Below, in pieces: positions 60,808 through 62,525 of a stretch of DNA of 62,525 nt (position 1 is the stretch's first letter; the number at the start of each line of letters is the position of its first letter). Both the position numbers and the translations under genes were made by a program. The DNA is from Trichodelitschia bisporula (taxonomy: Eukaryota), in NCBI GenBank assembly GCA_010356995.1, contig ML996711.1:124001-186525 (forward strand). The letters are read 5' to 3'. A model generated the notes under the pieces. It made no database searches, was not told where the DNA came from, and was given only the letters and a program-made list of their open reading frames with translations.

Positions 60808-62468
60808 TCAGAAAAGCTCTCCGTCCCAATAACTTTCGGATACACAGCTTGCCTCAATCCTCCCAACCCCAACCCTTTTATATGACTGCTCCCGGGGCAT
60901 TCCTTCCACAAGCAAAATGTAAAACCAACGACCGCGTTCCCTCGCAATAATAACACATTTCAGGGAAGTAATGTTGGTTGGGGCGATGGTATCAAACCAC
61001 AAAATCCCCGCATCTTTCGAGTTCGCATCTAAAATGGCATGATCCCTTCCCAGTTGCTCAGATGTGCAGTTTCGAAGCTCTCGGACTCGGACGGACAGCA
61101 CTCCTTGCCGCTCATGAAGAAATTCCAAGGCCGCATCATTCGGAACCTCCAGAGACTCAGCTTCGAGAAAAATGATTCGGGAATATGTCATCCAAGACCA
61201 CGACGGGAACTGCCGGTCGTCCATAACACCTTGGCTGTCATCGGCCTCGGGGCAATGTCGCCACATAAGGAGCCGAAATCGGAAGCATTCGAAGATGCCG
61301 TATCTATGCTCAGTTTTGAAGACATGTTTCATTCGGTCCATCAAGCTCAAAATCGCCACGGTCCTGTCCGATTCGTTGGTGAGTTGAGACTTCGCATATA
61401 CCTCAAAAAGGCGTTGAACAAAGTCAACGGTGCGTGTGTAACCTGACTTGTTTAGTCGTTCAGGAAACCTTGGGTCGAGAAGAAAATATTGCCTGAGAGG
61501 GCGACTGCAATGAATCAGTCAAGCTATCGAAGAGAAAAAATCACACCAGACGTAATCAAATCGAGCCTTACCTTTGAAGTTTGACAAGGTTTTCACAGCG
61601 TACGCCGTCGCCACACTCAAAGTACGTGTAGTGTGCAGTAAAATGAAGAGTTCGGCGAGATAAAACTCTTTCTTGCAGTACCCAGGCTCTTTTTTGAAGT
61701 GGGGAGGCATCCACATCGTGCTCGAAAGTTTGAGGAGGAACTGGGCCACGACAAATATACCGCGGTTTGCCAAAGGTGGTTCTGCCTTTGTCATAACGAA
61801 TATGACGCGGCGCAAGGAATCCTTCCTCCCAGTTCATAGCCGAGCTAGCGGCGAGGGTACAATAAGCCGAATTGAAGACCCGTGCCATAAGCGGAGCTTC
61901 ATCTTCCCAGTCTTTGCTATCTTCGCCCGAAATCGATTGGATAATGCAGAGAGCATCGATCCAAAGATATTGCATTCCAAGTTCCCGCGTAACTTGGACA
62001 GCATCCCGAAAAGTTTTCGGCAAGTCACTTTCGAGGAATCCTGCTTTCCGGCATTCGTAATTTTCTGCGGTAGTGCAGAATTTCTTTTTGTCATCGTCCG
62101 TTGGGCCACCCCAGCGATGAGAAAGTGCAAGATAGCCGCCTGTACCTGTAAGCCTGCTTTCTTTTGATTCCGTCTCCCAGAGCTCCAACTTGGAATCCGG
62201 AGGACCGACGAAGACGACCCTAGTAGGCCAGGAACGTTCCACCGAGTCGCATTGGCGCTTATTGTCACATGTTTGGAGCCATTGGCGCAGTAGTACAAAG
62301 TACAAGGGATTCTGAGACGTTGATACATGAGAAGACGTCGTTGAAAGTTGGTGAGCGTTAAAGAATTCAGCCGCAAATTTATGGTCCTTACGGGGCGTCC
62401 AGATCTTCTAGTCGTATAGTCAGTCACCATAACTTGACAGAGGTTAAAAGCAACACTTGACTTACATC
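60808..62468 (-). CDS. HET-domain (heterokaryon incompatibility) protein, 5' end outside the window
   Basis: WPTRVV, YLALSHRWG, LPKTFRDAVQVTRELGMQYLWIDALCIIQ, DWEDEAPLMARVFNSAYCTLAA, PLQKRAWVLQERVLSRR, FPSWSW. Introns 61571-61505 and 62465-62408. Confidence 0.92.
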
Positions 62469-62525
62469 CTACACCGATATACGGCCACGGTCAGCAATCA
62501 TCGCATCTCGTCCATGTCAGGTAGG

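Overview
Eukaryotic DNA from a filamentous ascomycete (short GT-AG introns with CTAAC/CTGAC branch points, a HET-domain gene, RIP-like C>T/G>A damage in retroelements). The housekeeping backbone comprises a THP3/LENG8-type SAC3/GANP protein, VPS36, a Zn-dependent alcohol dehydrogenase, monopolin Csm1/Pcs1, a DUF829 protein, mitochondrial Lon (PIM1), a GH47 alpha-1,2-mannosidase, a TDA10-like kinase, peroxisomal FOX2, SAP30, MDJ1, BRO1 and queuine tRNA-ribosyltransferase. Two accessory zones interrupt it: a ~10.8 kb gene-free island (8.8-19.5 kb) with foldback MITEs and solo LTRs, and a nested TE block (55.1-60.6 kb; TIR element, tandem repeat, solo LTR, copia and gypsy fragments) beside a HET gene that runs off the right edge. 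The three most notable observations are: (1) a weak FOX2 intron whose retention gives a dehydrogenase-only protein ending in the same KGKL* tail as the full-length enzyme; (2) a ~1 kb multi-hairpin non-coding segment right after FOX2; (3) an 88-aa secreted, Kex2-type repeat precursor carrying His/Met-rich HPPGHTG peptides. All calls were made by eye; no database search was run.
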